Numbered from the stretch's first letter, positions 1 through 13,170 are shown. The stretch is 64,000 nt of DNA from Scyliorhinus canicula (GCF_902713615.1 NC_052169.1:17628439-17692438), one strand, 5' to 3'. The notes: a model not told the origin generated them from the sequence alone. Numbers and translations: made by a program.

Positions 1-911
1 AATCTAGTCCACTCCACCATACCCAGTACCTCTTCCATCACCCATGGAACCTTCCCATGCAATTGCAGAAGGTGTAACACCTGCTCATTTACCTCTTCCA
101 TGCTTAACATTCCAGGCCCAAAACACTCATTCCAGGTTAAGCAACGTTTCACTTACATCTCTTCCAATTTGGTCTATTGCATTCGCTGCTCCCAATGTGA
201 TCTCCTCTATATCGGAGAGACCAAACGCAGACTGGGTGATCGCTTTGCTGAGCATCTTCGGTCTGTGCGCATTCAGGACCCTGACCTTCCTGTTGCTTGC
301 CATTTTAACAAAAGAGCCTGCTCCCATGCCCACATGTCTGTTCTTGGCCTGCTGCAATGTTCCAGTGAAGCTCAATGCAAACGGGAGGAACAACATCTCA
401 TCTTCCGGTTAGGCACGCTACAGCCTTCTGGCCTGAACAACTTCAGATGATCAGCTCTACCCCACCTGGACCCATTTGTTTCCATTTCATTTTAACTGTC
501 TTTTAACAGTTCTTTCTTTCTTAATATATATTTAATTCCCCCCCCCCCAATCTTATCCACCTTTCCTTCACCTTTCTCCTCTTTGCTGCCCCCTTCCCCT
601 CCCCCCACACCTACAGTTCATCCTCTGATGTTAGTTTCCCTGCTGTTTGACCTTTCACATCTTTTGTCCTCTCTGGGGACTGCCATTAGCACTCTTTCCC
701 CTTGGTTTCTGTGGTCATTAGCACCCAGTTTCCCTGGGTTTCTGTGGCTATGACTCATCTTTCATTCTCACTCCACAGTATAAATATTCCCCACTTTCTC
801 TGTCTGTTAGCTTTGACAAAGAGTCATTGGACTCGAAACGTGAGCTCTTTTCTCTCTCTCCAGATGCTGCCAGACCTGCTGAGATTTTCCAGCATTTTCT
901 CTTTCGTTTCA
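1..911 (+). mobile_element. Penelope-like element 3' part (GIY-YIG endonuclease plus terminal repeat)
   Basis: ORF 100-450 NLVYCIRCSQCDLLYIGETKRRLGDRFAEH...REEQHLIFRLGTLQPSGLN; hammerhead motif downstream. Confidence 0.9.
809..846 (+). ncRNA. Minimal type I hammerhead ribozyme motif, U3-A8 variant (degenerate copy)
   Basis: AGCT-TTGACAA-A-GAGTC ATTG GACTC-GAAA-CGT-G-AGCT. Confidence 0.7.
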
Positions 912-1071
912 GTGCCACACTCCGTATGCTTCACCCGATGTCTGTGTCTATGTACTTACATTGTGTATTTATCGTATGTCCTATGTTTTTTCATGTACGG
1001 AACAATCTGTCTAGACTTTGTGCAGAACAATACTTTTCACTGTACCTCGGTAGATGTGACAATAAATCCAA

Positions 1072-2250
1072 ATCGAATTTCAAAATATGCCGATGACACA
1101 AAATGTGGACATACTGCAACTTGTGAGGAAGATAGTGGTAAACTTCAAGAGGAAATAGAGAGGCTGACAGAATGGGCAGACATGTGGCAGTTGAAACTTA
1201 ATGCAGGAAGTGTGTAGCGATTAATTCTGGTAGGAAGACTGGAGAGACAAAGGGTACCATTCTAAAAGAGGTGCAGGAGCAGAGGGACCTGAGTATCTAT
1301 ATGCATAAATTATTGCAGGTTGCAGGACAGGTTGCAAAAGTTTTAATAAAGAATATAGGATCCTAGGCTTTATAAATAGGAATATAGAGTATGAGAGTAA
1401 AGAAGTGATGTTAAAGCTGTGTAGAACACTTGTTCAACCTCAACTAGAGCATCATGTCCAGTTCCCAGTGCCGGACAGGGAGAGTTCAGAAAGGATTCAC
1501 TAGGATGGTTTCCAGGATGAGTAACTTCAGTTATGAGGATAGACTTGAGAAGTCTTGAGTGGCATGGTGGCACAGTGGTTAGCACTGATGCCTCACAGCA
1601 CCAGGGACCCAGGTTCGATTCCGACCTCGGGTCACTGTCTGTGTGGAGTTTGCACGTTCTCCCCGTGCCTGTGTGGGTTTCCTCCGGGGCCTCCGGTTTC
1701 CTCCCACAGTCCTAAGATGCGCAGGTTAGGTGGAATGGCCGTGCTAAATTGCCCCTTAGTGTCCAAAGGTGAGGTGGGGTTATGGGGGAGTGTGCCTAGG
1801 TGCTCTTTCAAAGGGCTGGTGCATGCTCGATGGGCCCAATGACCTCCTTCTGCACTGTAGGGATTCTATTCTATGATAAGCTGGGACCGTTCTCCTTAAA
1901 GAAAAGGTTGAAAGGAGATTTGATAATCACTGGACAGTGTAGGCAGGGAGAAATTGTTTCCATTGGCAGAATAATCGAGAACCAGAGAGCAGATTTAAGG
2001 TGATTGACGAAAGAGGCAATGGAGACATGAGAAAGGTTGCATTACATAGCGAGTAGTTAGGATCTGGAACACACAGTCGGAGAGTGTGGTGGAGGCAGTG
2101 TATTGGATAAAGGGTATTGAGTAAGAATCAGAAGATAAGAAGTGAGCAAAGCTAATGGTAAAGGGCAGTGGAAGCAGCTGAATTGCACTGGCTCAAAGCT
2201 GGTGTGAACTCAATGCACTGAAATGGCTCCTTTCGAACTGTAATCATTCA
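1072..2250 (+). mobile_element. Degenerate CR1 RT/3' fragment with a V-SINE inserted at ~1558-1875
   Basis: ISKYADDTK...LQEEIERLTEWADMWQLKLN. Confidence 0.8.
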
Positions 2251-2606
2251 ATGATTACAGATCAAGATTGGCAGTGAGAGGTAATCTGCATTCAGCACTT
2301 TCTACCCTGAAAGACTGCCTCATTCTGATTATATAGCAACCTTGTGTTTGCTCTAAGATTACTGGCAAGGCATCATCAATCATTTACTGCAAATGTTATA
2401 GAAATTTTATCAGTAAACACAATCAAACTTCTTCAATGGAATCTCACCACTGTTAAAATTTAGGATGGTTTAAAGAGTCTTTTATGTCATTCTAATCTTA
2501 CTAGACCAAAAGTAAGAGCATCCTGATGCTTTGGAATTTAATTTTTAAAACGTGGGACTTGCGTTTTTTTTCTCACCATTCTTGACCTCAGTATATCTCT
2601 GTACAA

Positions 2607-4135
2607 ACAGTACACATGCCCACAGTACACACCCTCACAGTACACACCAGCACAGTACAAACCCTCATGGTACACACCAGTACAGTACACACCATCACAA
2701 TGCACAATCTCACAATACACAATCTCACAGAACACAGCCTCACAGTACGCACCAGCACAGTACACAGCCTCACAATACACACCCTCACAGTAAACACCCT
2801 CACGGTACACAGCAGCAAGAGTACACATTAGCATTACACACCAGTACAGTACACATTCTCACAGTTCACATCAGCATAGTGCACACCCTCACAGTACACA
2901 CCACCATAGTTCACACCAGCATAGTGCACACCCTCACAGTACACACCACCATAATTCACACCAGCATAGTGCACACCCTCACAGTACACACCACCATAGT
3001 TCACACTAGCATAGTGCACACCTTCACAGTTCACACCAGCACAATACACACCCTCAGAGTACACACCAGCACAGTGCACACCCTCACAGAACACACCAGC
3101 AGAGTACACACCAGCACAGTACACACCAGCACAGTATTCACCCTCACAGTGCACACCACCACATTACACAGCAGAACAGTACACACCAGCAAAGTACACA
3201 CCAGCAGAGTACACATCCTCACGGCGCACAGTAGCACAGCACACACCAGCACAATACACATCAACAGAGTACACACCCTCACGGTGCACAGTAGCACAGT
3301 ACACACCAGCACAGTACACATCAGCAGAGTACACACCCTCACAGTGCACAGTAGCACAGTACACACCCTCACAATACACACCAGCAGAGAACACACTCTC
3401 ACAGCGCACACCAGCACAGTACACACCAGCACAATACACATCAACAGAGTACACACCCTCATAGTACACACAAGCAGAGTGCATACCTTCACAATGCACT
3501 CCAGCAAAGAACACACCCTCACAGTACACACCATCACAGTTCACACCAGCACAGTACACACTCTCACAGTACACACCAGCACAGTTCACACCAGCACAGT
3601 ACACACTCTCACAGTACACACCAGCACAGTACACACCCTCACAGCGCACACCAGCACAGTTCACACCAGCACAGTACACACTCTCACAGTACACACCAGC
3701 ACAGTACACACTCTCACAGTACACACCAGCACAGTACACACCCTCACAGCGCACACCAGCACAGTTCACACCAGCACAGTACATACCAGCACAGTACACA
3801 TCCTCACAGGTATAATCCCTCAGAGAACACACTCTCATAATGCACACCAGCACAGTACACACCAGTACGGTATTCACCCTCACATTACACAGCAGCACAG
3901 TACTCAGCCTCACAGTACACACCACCACAGTACACACCAGCACAGTACACACCACCACAGTACACACCAGCACAGTACATATCAGCAGAGCTCAGACCAG
4001 CATAGTACACATCAGCAGAGTACATATCCTCACAGTGCACACCCTGACAGTACACACCAGCAGAGTACACACCAGCACAGTACCACACGCTCACAGTACA
4101 CACCAGCAGAGTACACACCAGCAGAGTTCACAACA
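2607..4135. repeat. 15-bp minisatellite ACAGTACACACC(AGC/CTC), ~100 copies, in CIB2 intron 1
   Basis: 15-nt periodicity seen directly. Confidence 0.95.
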
Positions 4136-5099
4136 GGACAATGGGGTAGCTTTGACAGTGTTTTGGAGTATGGTGTGTATTGCGTTTTTACAAAGTTAAC
4201 TGGGTGAATTCATGATTTCTTGCCCATTCTCCATGTAGACACCAGTAGCGCCCCCCACCCCGCCCAATGGCAGGGCATCCAGCCTGACCAACAGAGGACC
4301 CTGTGCAATGAATTATTGACGCGGAAATGTTCAATCTGTCGGTTGCCAGCTGGGCACTGCGGCTTAATGCAGCTCGTTAACGTGAGTCTTGGTCACTCCA
4401 TCATCATGGACACAGCCTCACACACCGCACACAGGGATTTGGCTTCATTTCCCATCAATGTTCACCCGAAGTTTGAAGGTGTCTTGTCCCTGGTTCCCAG
4501 TGCCCCTGCCACCCTGCACATTTGTCTGAAATAAACACGCAGCCGCTTCCAGGAAATCCGTGTTTAACAGCGAGATCCCTCAATTCTTGGTGTTTAATCA
4601 GGCGGGAGAGATTTACGAAGGTTTATCTGAAAGATGTCTAAAACGGTGTGAGACAGGGAGAGAGAAACCGCCTCTGTGCTTAAGGTTCTGGAATGTGCAA
4701 ATATTATCATTAGCAAATGGAAAAATAACTCGGAAACCTCCTCAATTCAACCCATTTACATTCCCCTCCCCCGGTTTAAACTTTGAATAGATCTGATAAA
4801 TTTCAGGTTTGTTTGCTCCAGGGTTTGGGGAAAGGTTTATTTGGGGGGGGGGGGGGGGGGGTTGCGTTGACTGCTGCACTGAAAATCTCCAAAATTCACA
4901 GCGGGCAGAACGGATTCCCCCTCCCAACGAGTATTTTGAACAAGCAAGCCTGGGTTATACCAGGGATTTGAAAACAACAAGCTGTAGATAGGCTTCCCTG
5001 GTTAGTTTAATTCGGGGCAGTTTCAGTAAAGTGTTGGAGTTACATACACACAGGTAAACCCTCTCCCACCACCACACAGCCAGCTTTATCCCCTCTTAC

Positions 5100-5150
5100 C
5101 TGATAGGCATCTAGTTGTTCATCAGTAAATATCGTCTGCTTATTACCCAT
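5100..5150 (-). CDS. CIB2: Calcium and integrin binding family member 2, coding exon 1 (rest of gene probably left of the window)
   Basis: Minus strand ATG..CAG = MGNKQTIFTDEQLDAYQ (51 nt), followed by GTAAGA donor. Matches the CIB2/CIB3 N-terminus; TIFT.EQLD and linkage to IDH3A favour CIB2. Confidence 0.88.
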
Positions 5151-5464
5151 CTTAAACCACTGATATTCCTCTTGAGTAGATGCATCACATTGATAGTCCC
5201 GGGCGACCCTTCTACCGTATGCATTTAGGGCATTTACACAGCGCGAAGCCACGCATGAGATTCCCAAACCCGCATTGAATTTCCAAAGCAGAAACGGGCA
5301 TTAGTAAGTGGGTATTTATTTTTTAATTTTCCTTTCCTCTCTCCATGAAGGTTCTGCTGCTGCGGGCAGCCCTGGGCAAGGAGGGAAGGGTCACATTTTT
5401 CCCCCCGGCCACTTGGCGTTTTGTTTTTGTGGCGGGCGAAGGTTTCTCCTCTCCCTTGCAGCCG

Positions 5465-6012
5465 GTTTCAGTACTGGGTCAGGATGGACAGCTCCCCAGG
5501 GTCCGTTCTGTGCTTCCCGTTGTCTGTTTCAGCACTGGGTCAGGTTGAACAGCTCCCTAGGATCCTTTCTGAGCTTCCTTCTGCCTGTTCCAGCTATGCT
5601 TCGGGATGGACAGCTCCCTGCGATCCGCTCTGAACTGCCTACTGTCTGCTTCAGCACTGGCTCTGGATGGACAGCTCCCTGTGATCCGCTCTGAGCTGCC
5701 TGCTGCTGTTTCAGCTATGATTCGGGATGAACAGTTCACTGGGATCCTCTCTAAGCTTCCTTCTGCCTGTTCCAGCAATGGTTCGGGATGGACAGCTCCC
5801 TGGGACCCGCTCTGAGCTGCCTGCTGCTGTTTCAGCTATGATTCGGGATGGACAGTTCACTGGGATCCTCTCTAAGCTTCCTTCTGCCTGTTCCAGCAAT
5901 GGTTCGGGGTGGACAGCTCCCTGGGACCCGCTCTGAGCTTCCTGCTGTCTGTTTCAGCACTGGCTCTGGATGGCCAGCTGCTGAGGATCCGCTCAGAGCT
6001 TCGCTTCCCAGT
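5465..6012. repeat. ~60-61-bp tandem repeat, ~9 copies, with a 121-bp dimer
   Basis: Units start ~5469, 5530, 5591, 5652, 5712, 5773, 5833, 5894, 5955. Confidence 0.9.
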
Positions 6013-7639
6013 ACCACAAAGCTTCCCAGAGGAGGGGAGGGAGGGGTCACTTTCTCTGATGAGCTGTGTCGGAAAGTGGTTTCAACTTTCCCGGCAGGGG
6101 TAGTTAGAATTTAGCGAGTGTCGATTGCAGCGTTAACAGCTTTGCTTCCCCATTTCCAACCCCCTTCCCCCCGCCCCTTGACTGAATGCAATGCTGAGGG
6201 GGTCCCGCAAAGTTGCAGTCTTTTGAGTAAAGCATTAAACTGTTCAGGTGTCATTTGTAGACGGGCACACCCTTCCCCCTTTCGCATCCTGGTGGGTACC
6301 AACTCCAAGATGCACTGCTCATCATGGCTCCCAAGACAGCACCTTCCAAACCCATGACCTCGGCATCCATAGAATCCCTACAGTGCAGAAGGAAGCCATT
6401 CAGCACATCGCATCTTCACTGACCCTTAGAAAAACCACACCACCTAGGCCCACTCTTCCAACTTATCCCCATAACCCCATGCATTAATCATGGTCAATCC
6501 ATCTAACCACCTAACTGGAGCTGGTTTAGCACAGTGGGCTAAACAGCTGGCTTGTAATGTAGAACAGTGCCAGCAGTGCAGATTCAATTCCTGTACTGGC
6601 CCCCTGAACAGGCGCCAGAATGTGGCGACTAGGGGCTTTTCACAGAAACTTCATTGCAGCCTACTTGTGACAATAAGTGATTATTATTATTACTATTATT
6701 AATAACCTGTACATCCTTGGACTGTGGGAGGAAACTGGAGAACCTGGAGGAAACCCACGCAGATATGGGGAGAAGATGAAACTCCGGCACCCAAGGCTGG
6801 AACTGAACCCATGGTCCTTGGTGCTGTGAGGCATCACACCATGCCACCAGACACCATCTAGGAAGACAGGACATTAGATGCATGGGAATATCACCAACTG
6901 TAAGTGCCCCTCCAACTCACACAACATCCTGACTTGGAAATACATAGCCATTCCTTCACTGTCACTGAGTCAAAATCCTGGAACATCCTCCTTAACAGCA
7001 TTGTGGATGTACCTACACCAGATGGACTGGTTCAAGAAGGCAGCTTAAATAAATGCTGGCCTAGCCAGATCCCATAGAAGAATATAACATCCCGGACAAT
7101 ATTTCTCCTTCAACTAACATCACTAAGACAGATAATCTGGTCAAAGTCACAATGCTGTTTATGGAATCTTGCTGTGCACAAATTGGTTGCTGGGTTATTG
7201 CCTGCATTGCAAACAGGGTCTGAACAGAAGTGTTCATAAAAGTGTTTCATTGGCTGTGAATCATTTTGGAACATCCTGAGGACTGGGTAGGTGCAATAGA
7301 AATGGAAATCTTTATTTCTATTTGTTCTCCTCCATTGTGTTCATTGGGAGTTTAGATGTTCAATTTGAATACGGAGCCAATATTTTTTTTTAAAAGACAT
7401 TTGAACAGGAACACGGGTAAAACCTACTTATCGTTTATTAGTATGAAACAGCTGCATATGAAAAACCTCAGACCAAGATCAGCATTTTGTAATTTTCCTC
7501 AAATAAAATTAAACAACATGTATTTATATAGCATCTTAAACAGTAAAACATTCAAAGTAGCTGCAAAATCTGACACTGACCCCTAGAAGGAAATATCACA
7601 GTAGGTGATCAAAGCTTGACTCATTCCTCTGGCAACTAC

Positions 7640-7960
7640 TTGAGATTAAATCAGTCTGTTCACAACCTTGGTGTTATACTTGATCCTGAGATGAGTTTCT
7701 GATAACACTGTCACCGAGATTGATTATTACCCCCTCCGTTACACTGCCCAAACTGCCTCCTGTCTCACCTAATCTGCTGCCGAAACCCTCATTCATGCCT
7801 CTGTTACCTCCAAACTTGACTATTCCAATACACTCCTGGTTAGACTCGCAACTTCTACCGTCCCCTAAACTGGATGTCACCTAAAACTCAGCTGCCCAAG
7901 TCTGAACTCACACCAAGTCCCATTTGTCTCTCACTCCTGTACTCACTAATGTACATTGGT
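7640..7960 (+). mobile_element. L2 LINE fragment
   Basis: NLGVILD and ETLIHASVTSKLDYSN-type motifs. Confidence 0.65.
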
Positions 7961-9904
7961 TGGCTTTCTTTGTTTAATGAAACTCTGCCAATTCCCTACA
8001 TTTGTAAAACTAGTTTCTCTTTTCTAAAACAAACTCAATGAGGAGTATATCCACCTGATTTGAAAAGGGGACACCTGCAGTTTGCAACAAGATGCTCCCA
8101 GGAGTGGGGAGGGGGGAAATTATCAGCCAGGTTTGTGCTCCCAATTACTAACCACTGACCCCTGCTGGTGAGCATGTGTGCGGCAGGTAATAATAATAAT
8201 TTTTATTAGTGTCACAAGTAGGCTTATATTAACATTGTAATGAAGTTACTGTGAAAAATCTCCTAGTCGCCACACAAGGGCACTTGCTTGGGTACACTGA
8301 GGGAGAATTCAGAGTGTCCAATTCACCTAATAAGCTCGTCTTTTGGGACTTGTGGGAGGAAACTGGAGCACCCGGAGGAAATCCACGCAGACACGGGGAG
8401 AACGTGCAGACTCCGCACAGACAGTGACCCAAGCCGGAAACAAACCGAGTCCCTGGAACTGTGAAGCAACAGTGCTAACAATTGTGCTACTGTGCCATCC
8501 AATGTCATGGGACCAAGCTGCCTGCATGTCTATAGCAGCAACCACCTTTCAAAGAGCTGTCCTGAAACTCTGAAATTCTGAGGCAAGGCCAACAAAAGAA
8601 GACTTGCATTCTTGTAGTGCCTTTCATGATCGCAAGGTAACCCCCCCCCCCCCCCCAAAGTGGTTTATTGCCAATGAACTGCTCTGAAAGAGTAGAACTG
8701 CAAGGGGATTGGAATACAGGAATGAAGAAGTCCTGCTATAAATGTGCAAGGTTTTGATGATGCCACGCCTGGAGTAACAGCTTTGGCCTTCACATTTAAG
8801 AAAGGGTATACTTGCATTGTAGGAGGTACAGCAAAGATTCACTAAATTGTGCCCTGGGATGAGGGGATTGTCCTATGATGAGAGGCTGAGTAAACTGGTT
8901 TATATTCTGTGGAGTGCCCAATTCACCTAATAAGCATGAAAAGATTGTTGTATAAACCTTACCATTGTTCACTAATCATAGAATCCCTGCAGTGCAGAAG
9001 GAGGCCATTCAGCCCATTGAGTCTACACCCATCCTCTGAAGGAGCTCACTCCCCTGTAACCCCATAGTCCCATCTAACTTTTGGACAACTATGAGGCAAT
9101 TTGGAATGGCCAATCCACCTAACCTGCACATCCTTAGACTGTGGGAGGAAACCGGAGCACCCGGAGGAAACCCACGCAGACATGGGGAGAAAGTGAAAAC
9201 TCCACACAGATAGCCACCGAAGGTCAGAATTGAACCACTGTGCCACTGTGCTAAATGCTTTAGGGAAGGAAATCTGCCATCCTTACCTGGCCTGCCCTAC
9301 ACCCACTCCAGACCCACAGCAATGTGATTGACTCTGAAATGGGGGGTAGTTAGGACGAGCAATAAATTCTCAGAAGTCATACAGCCTCTGAATTTGAAGG
9401 TTGTGGTGGGTTAATGACTCCAGAGATTTGAGCCCAGGAGCCAGTCTGACACTCAGTACAATACTGAGGGAGTGCGATACGGTCAGAGGTGCTCTCTCTC
9501 TTACTCAATTAAGTCATTAAGCTGCGAACCCTCTCAGGAAGATGTGAGCGATCCCATGCAACTCATTGGTACTACACGTCCCCCTTGTATCCTCCACAAT
9601 ATTTACATCTCAACCAACATCACGAATGCAGAGTTATAATTTAACACAATATAAAACCCAAATTCTGCCGGTGCTGGAAGCCTGAAATAAAGACAGAAAG
9701 TGCTGAAAATGCTCAGCAGGTCTGGCAGCATCTGTGGAGAGAGAAACAGAGTTAACGTTGCAAGTTTGTTTAACTCTTCAGCTCATAGCTGGGTTGCAGT
9801 CAAAATTCCAGCCCTCTGCTCCCGACTCCAGCTGTGCACTACAAAAACTGCCACATTTTGGATCTTGTTGCTTCTCAGCTTAACAACAGCAGGCATTCGT
9901 ATAT

Positions 9905-10620
9905 TTTTTAATTCATTTCTGGGACATGGATATCACTGGTTAGGCCAGCATTTATTGTCCATCCCTCGTTGCCCTTGAGGAGGCAATGCTAAGCTGCCTT
10001 ATTGAACTGTTCCTGACCCTGAAGAATTGGCACACCCACAGTGCTCTGGGGGATGGAGTTCCAGGATTTTGAGCAAGCAGCAGTGAAGGAATGGAGATAT
10101 ATTTCTAAGTCAGGATGGTGAGTGACTTGGAGGGGAAAACTTCAAGTGGTAGTGTTCCCATGTATCAGCTACTCTTGCCTTTCTCTCGATGGCCGTGGTC
10201 GTGGGTTTGGAAGGTGCTGCCTAAGGAGCCTTGGTGAGTTGCTGCAGTGCATCTTGTAGATGGTACACACGGCTGCTATTGTGAATTGATGGTGGAGGGA
10301 TTGAATGTTTGTACAAGGGGCACCAATCAAGCGGGGCTGCTTTGTCCTGGATGGTGTTGAGTTGTTTGAGTGTAGTTGGATCTGCACTCATCCAGGCAAG
10401 TGGACAGTATTCCATCACATTCCTGACTTGTGCCTGGTGGACAGGCTTTGGAGAGTCAGGAGGTGAGTTACTCGCTGCAGGATTCCTACCCGCCGACCTG
10501 CTCTTGTGGCCACTGTATTTATAAGGCTAGTCCAGTTCAGTTTCTGGACAATGATAACCCAGGGTGTTGATGGTGGGGTATTCAGTGATGGTGGTGCCAT
10601 TGAATGTCAAGGGACCACAG
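9905..10620 (-). mobile_element. CR1/L2-group LINE 3' fragment
   Basis: MEYCPLAWMSA..TTLKQLNTIQDKAA; related pieces at 6870-7080, 25225-25420, 49430-49740. Confidence 0.72.
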
Positions 10621-12171
10621 CACAGAAAAATGTGCCTGTGCTTTGTTGGGGCATAGAATCATAGAATCGCTGCAGTACAGAAGGAGCCCATTCTGCTCCC
10701 TATCTAGCCTCCACCTTATCCCCGTAACCCAGTAACCCCACCTTACATTTTGGACACTAAGAGGTAATTTAGTACTAACAAATCCACCTAACTTGCACAT
10801 CCTTGGGCTGTGGGAGGAAACCAGAGCACCCAGAGGAAACCCATGCAGACACGTAGGGAACGTACAAAACCCAGACAGTCACCCGCGAATGGAATCAAAT
10901 CCAGGTCCCTGACGTTGTGAGGCAGCAGTGCTAACCACTGTGACACCATTGTCAGGCAAAATCGTATACCAAGCCATAAAAGGAGGTATCAGCATGGCTG
11001 CAGCCTAGTCAAAGAGCTGAAGAAATTTCTTCTGAATTCCTCTTTGGATTTATTGAGATTGCCGGGTGTGTCATTGACCATGGGGGGGGGGGGGGGGGAT
11101 TAGTGAGGGTGGTTCATTTCTGAGTAATCCATCATTGCAAGGGGACTTTGCAGTAGAGCACAGTGAGCAGAGACACCCCTGAGTCAATGCTGGGCATGGA
11201 CACACCTTCCGTTGCGCAAGTCGATTGATGGTTTTGATTACCTTAATCCGGAGGCTGCTCGTGTTGTCCACAGGGACCACCGCAATTGGGGATCACTGGT
11301 AACCTTGGCCTCATCAGAATCGCTCCAACTCACAACAACCCCACTAAAATTTACAACTCCCATCTCGATTCCACGAACCTCAGCTCCAGGTCTGTGGCGA
11401 AGGACTTTGTGAAACGGTTTCTGACAGTCAAGATCAAAAACATTGCTTCCATCAACCAGCTGGGTTAGATCCTGAGAGGAATGCGGTAAATCACTCGGGG
11501 TCAGACAATCTCTCCAGAAGCCAGCATTAGTTTTGATTTATTCTGTCTTATTTTCCCTGATTCTTTGACCTCTCTGCCCCCTCTGCCTCTAATTCTGTAT
11601 TAAAATACGATGTGAAGCTTTTCATACAGTGATGTTGACAGGAAGAATCACTCCCATGGCTCTTCTATTGAGAGGGAAGAAGCCAGGCTTTGGTAACTAG
11701 GGAAGACAATTTATCCCAACCATGTCACCCTTGAATCTTATCATTTCAATGTCAAACTGATATGTAACGGTCGATACTGAGCTTAAAGGGGTTAAATTAG
11801 AAGGTGAGATTACCAAATACCAGGTTTATATTCTCATGAGCAGAAAATATTAATATCTAATTCAGGTACATAAGATTTTTTTTTCCAGATGTATATTTAT
11901 AAAATTGGTAAAGATATAGTTAAATTTGACATTATATAAAGTCAGATCAGTCTTTTTCCACACAGTACTGTTCTAGGTCTGGGCCATATCCTCATTTTAG
12001 TTTCTGGACTATAACCATTTGCATTTGGCAAAACTGTGAGGGAATTTTACTGATCTACAGGAGTGATACCACTGACCAATAAACAGCTTTTGTGTGAAAA
12101 ATAAACTTCAATTTGAATATAGAATTCAGCACATTAGCAAAATAGAAATTGTTTTACAGCTAATAGATACA

Positions 12172-13170
12172 TTTTTTAAAATAAATTTAGATTACCCAAT
12201 TATTTATTCCAATTAAGGGGCAATTTAGCATGGCCAATCCACCTACTCTGCACATTTTTGGGCTGTGGGGGCGAAACCCACGCAGACACGGGGAGAATGT
12301 GCAAACTCCACACGGACAGTGACCCAGAGCCGGGATCGAACCTGGGACCTCAGCGCCGTGAGGCGGTTGTGCTAACCACTGCACCACCATGCTGCCCTAT
12401 AGATACAATATCTTAACTTGCATCCTGAAACCTGTCTCGACATTCTGAAAGGGGGCTCAGGGTAAAAGACCGTTAGATAAAGGTAGTGAGGACAAAGAGA
12501 AAGATATAAAAGTATGGATGAATATGACAGCATGAAGACATGTGGCACATACTCAGGTTAATTTACTAGATAAAGACAATGAAATAAACAGTAGAAAATG
12601 TATTCCCTAAGCATAGACACAGTAGCACAGTGGTTAGCACAGTTGCTTCAGGGCGCCAGAGGCCCAGGTTCATTTCCTGGCTTGGGTCACTGTCTGTGCG
12701 GAGACTGCACGTTCTCCCCGTGTCTGCATGGGTTTCCTCCGGGTGCTCCGGTTTCCTCCCACAAATCCCAAAAGATGTGCTGTTAGGTGAATTGGACATT
12801 CTGAATTCTCCCTCTGTGTACCCGAGCAGGCACCGGAATGTGGCAATTAGGGGATTATCACAGTAACTTAATTGCAGTGTTAATGTAAGCCTATTTGTGA
12901 CAATAATAAAGATTATTATTATTGTAGCAATCATTAACATTTAAATATGGGCGGCACGGTGGCGCAGTGGTTAGCATTGCTGCCTCACGGCGCTGAGGAC
13001 CTGGGTTTGATCCCAGCCCCGGGTCACTGTCCATGTGAAGTTTGCACATTCTCCCCTGTTTGCATGGATTCCCCACAACTCAAAAGATGTGCAGTGTAGG
13101 TGGTTTGGCCACGCTAATTTGCTCCTTAATTGGAAAAAACTAATTGGTAACTCAAAATTTATTTTAAAAA
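12172..13170. mobile_element. Cluster of three tRNA-derived V-SINEs (12172-12398 -, 12612-12925 +, 12948-13170 +)
   Basis: A/B-box head and V core GTGTGGAGTTTGCAC..TCTCCCCGTGTCTGC; TSD ATAGATACA around the first copy. Confidence 0.88.

Noticed and set aside
2552-4207. 551-aa His/Thr/Gln-rich ORF and antisense Cys/Val/Tyr ORFs
   Set aside because: By-products of a 15-bp minisatellite; several frames are open on both strands and there is no gene structure
1-5099. Downstream CIB2 exons (DCTFF...)
   Set aside because: No matching sequence found by eye; presumably outside the window
11100-11500. Apparently unique, exon-like segment
   Set aside because: The minus strand reads VFDLDCQKPFHKVLRH, a decayed CR1 RT motif ([13 protein letters not shown]); no convincing splice sites
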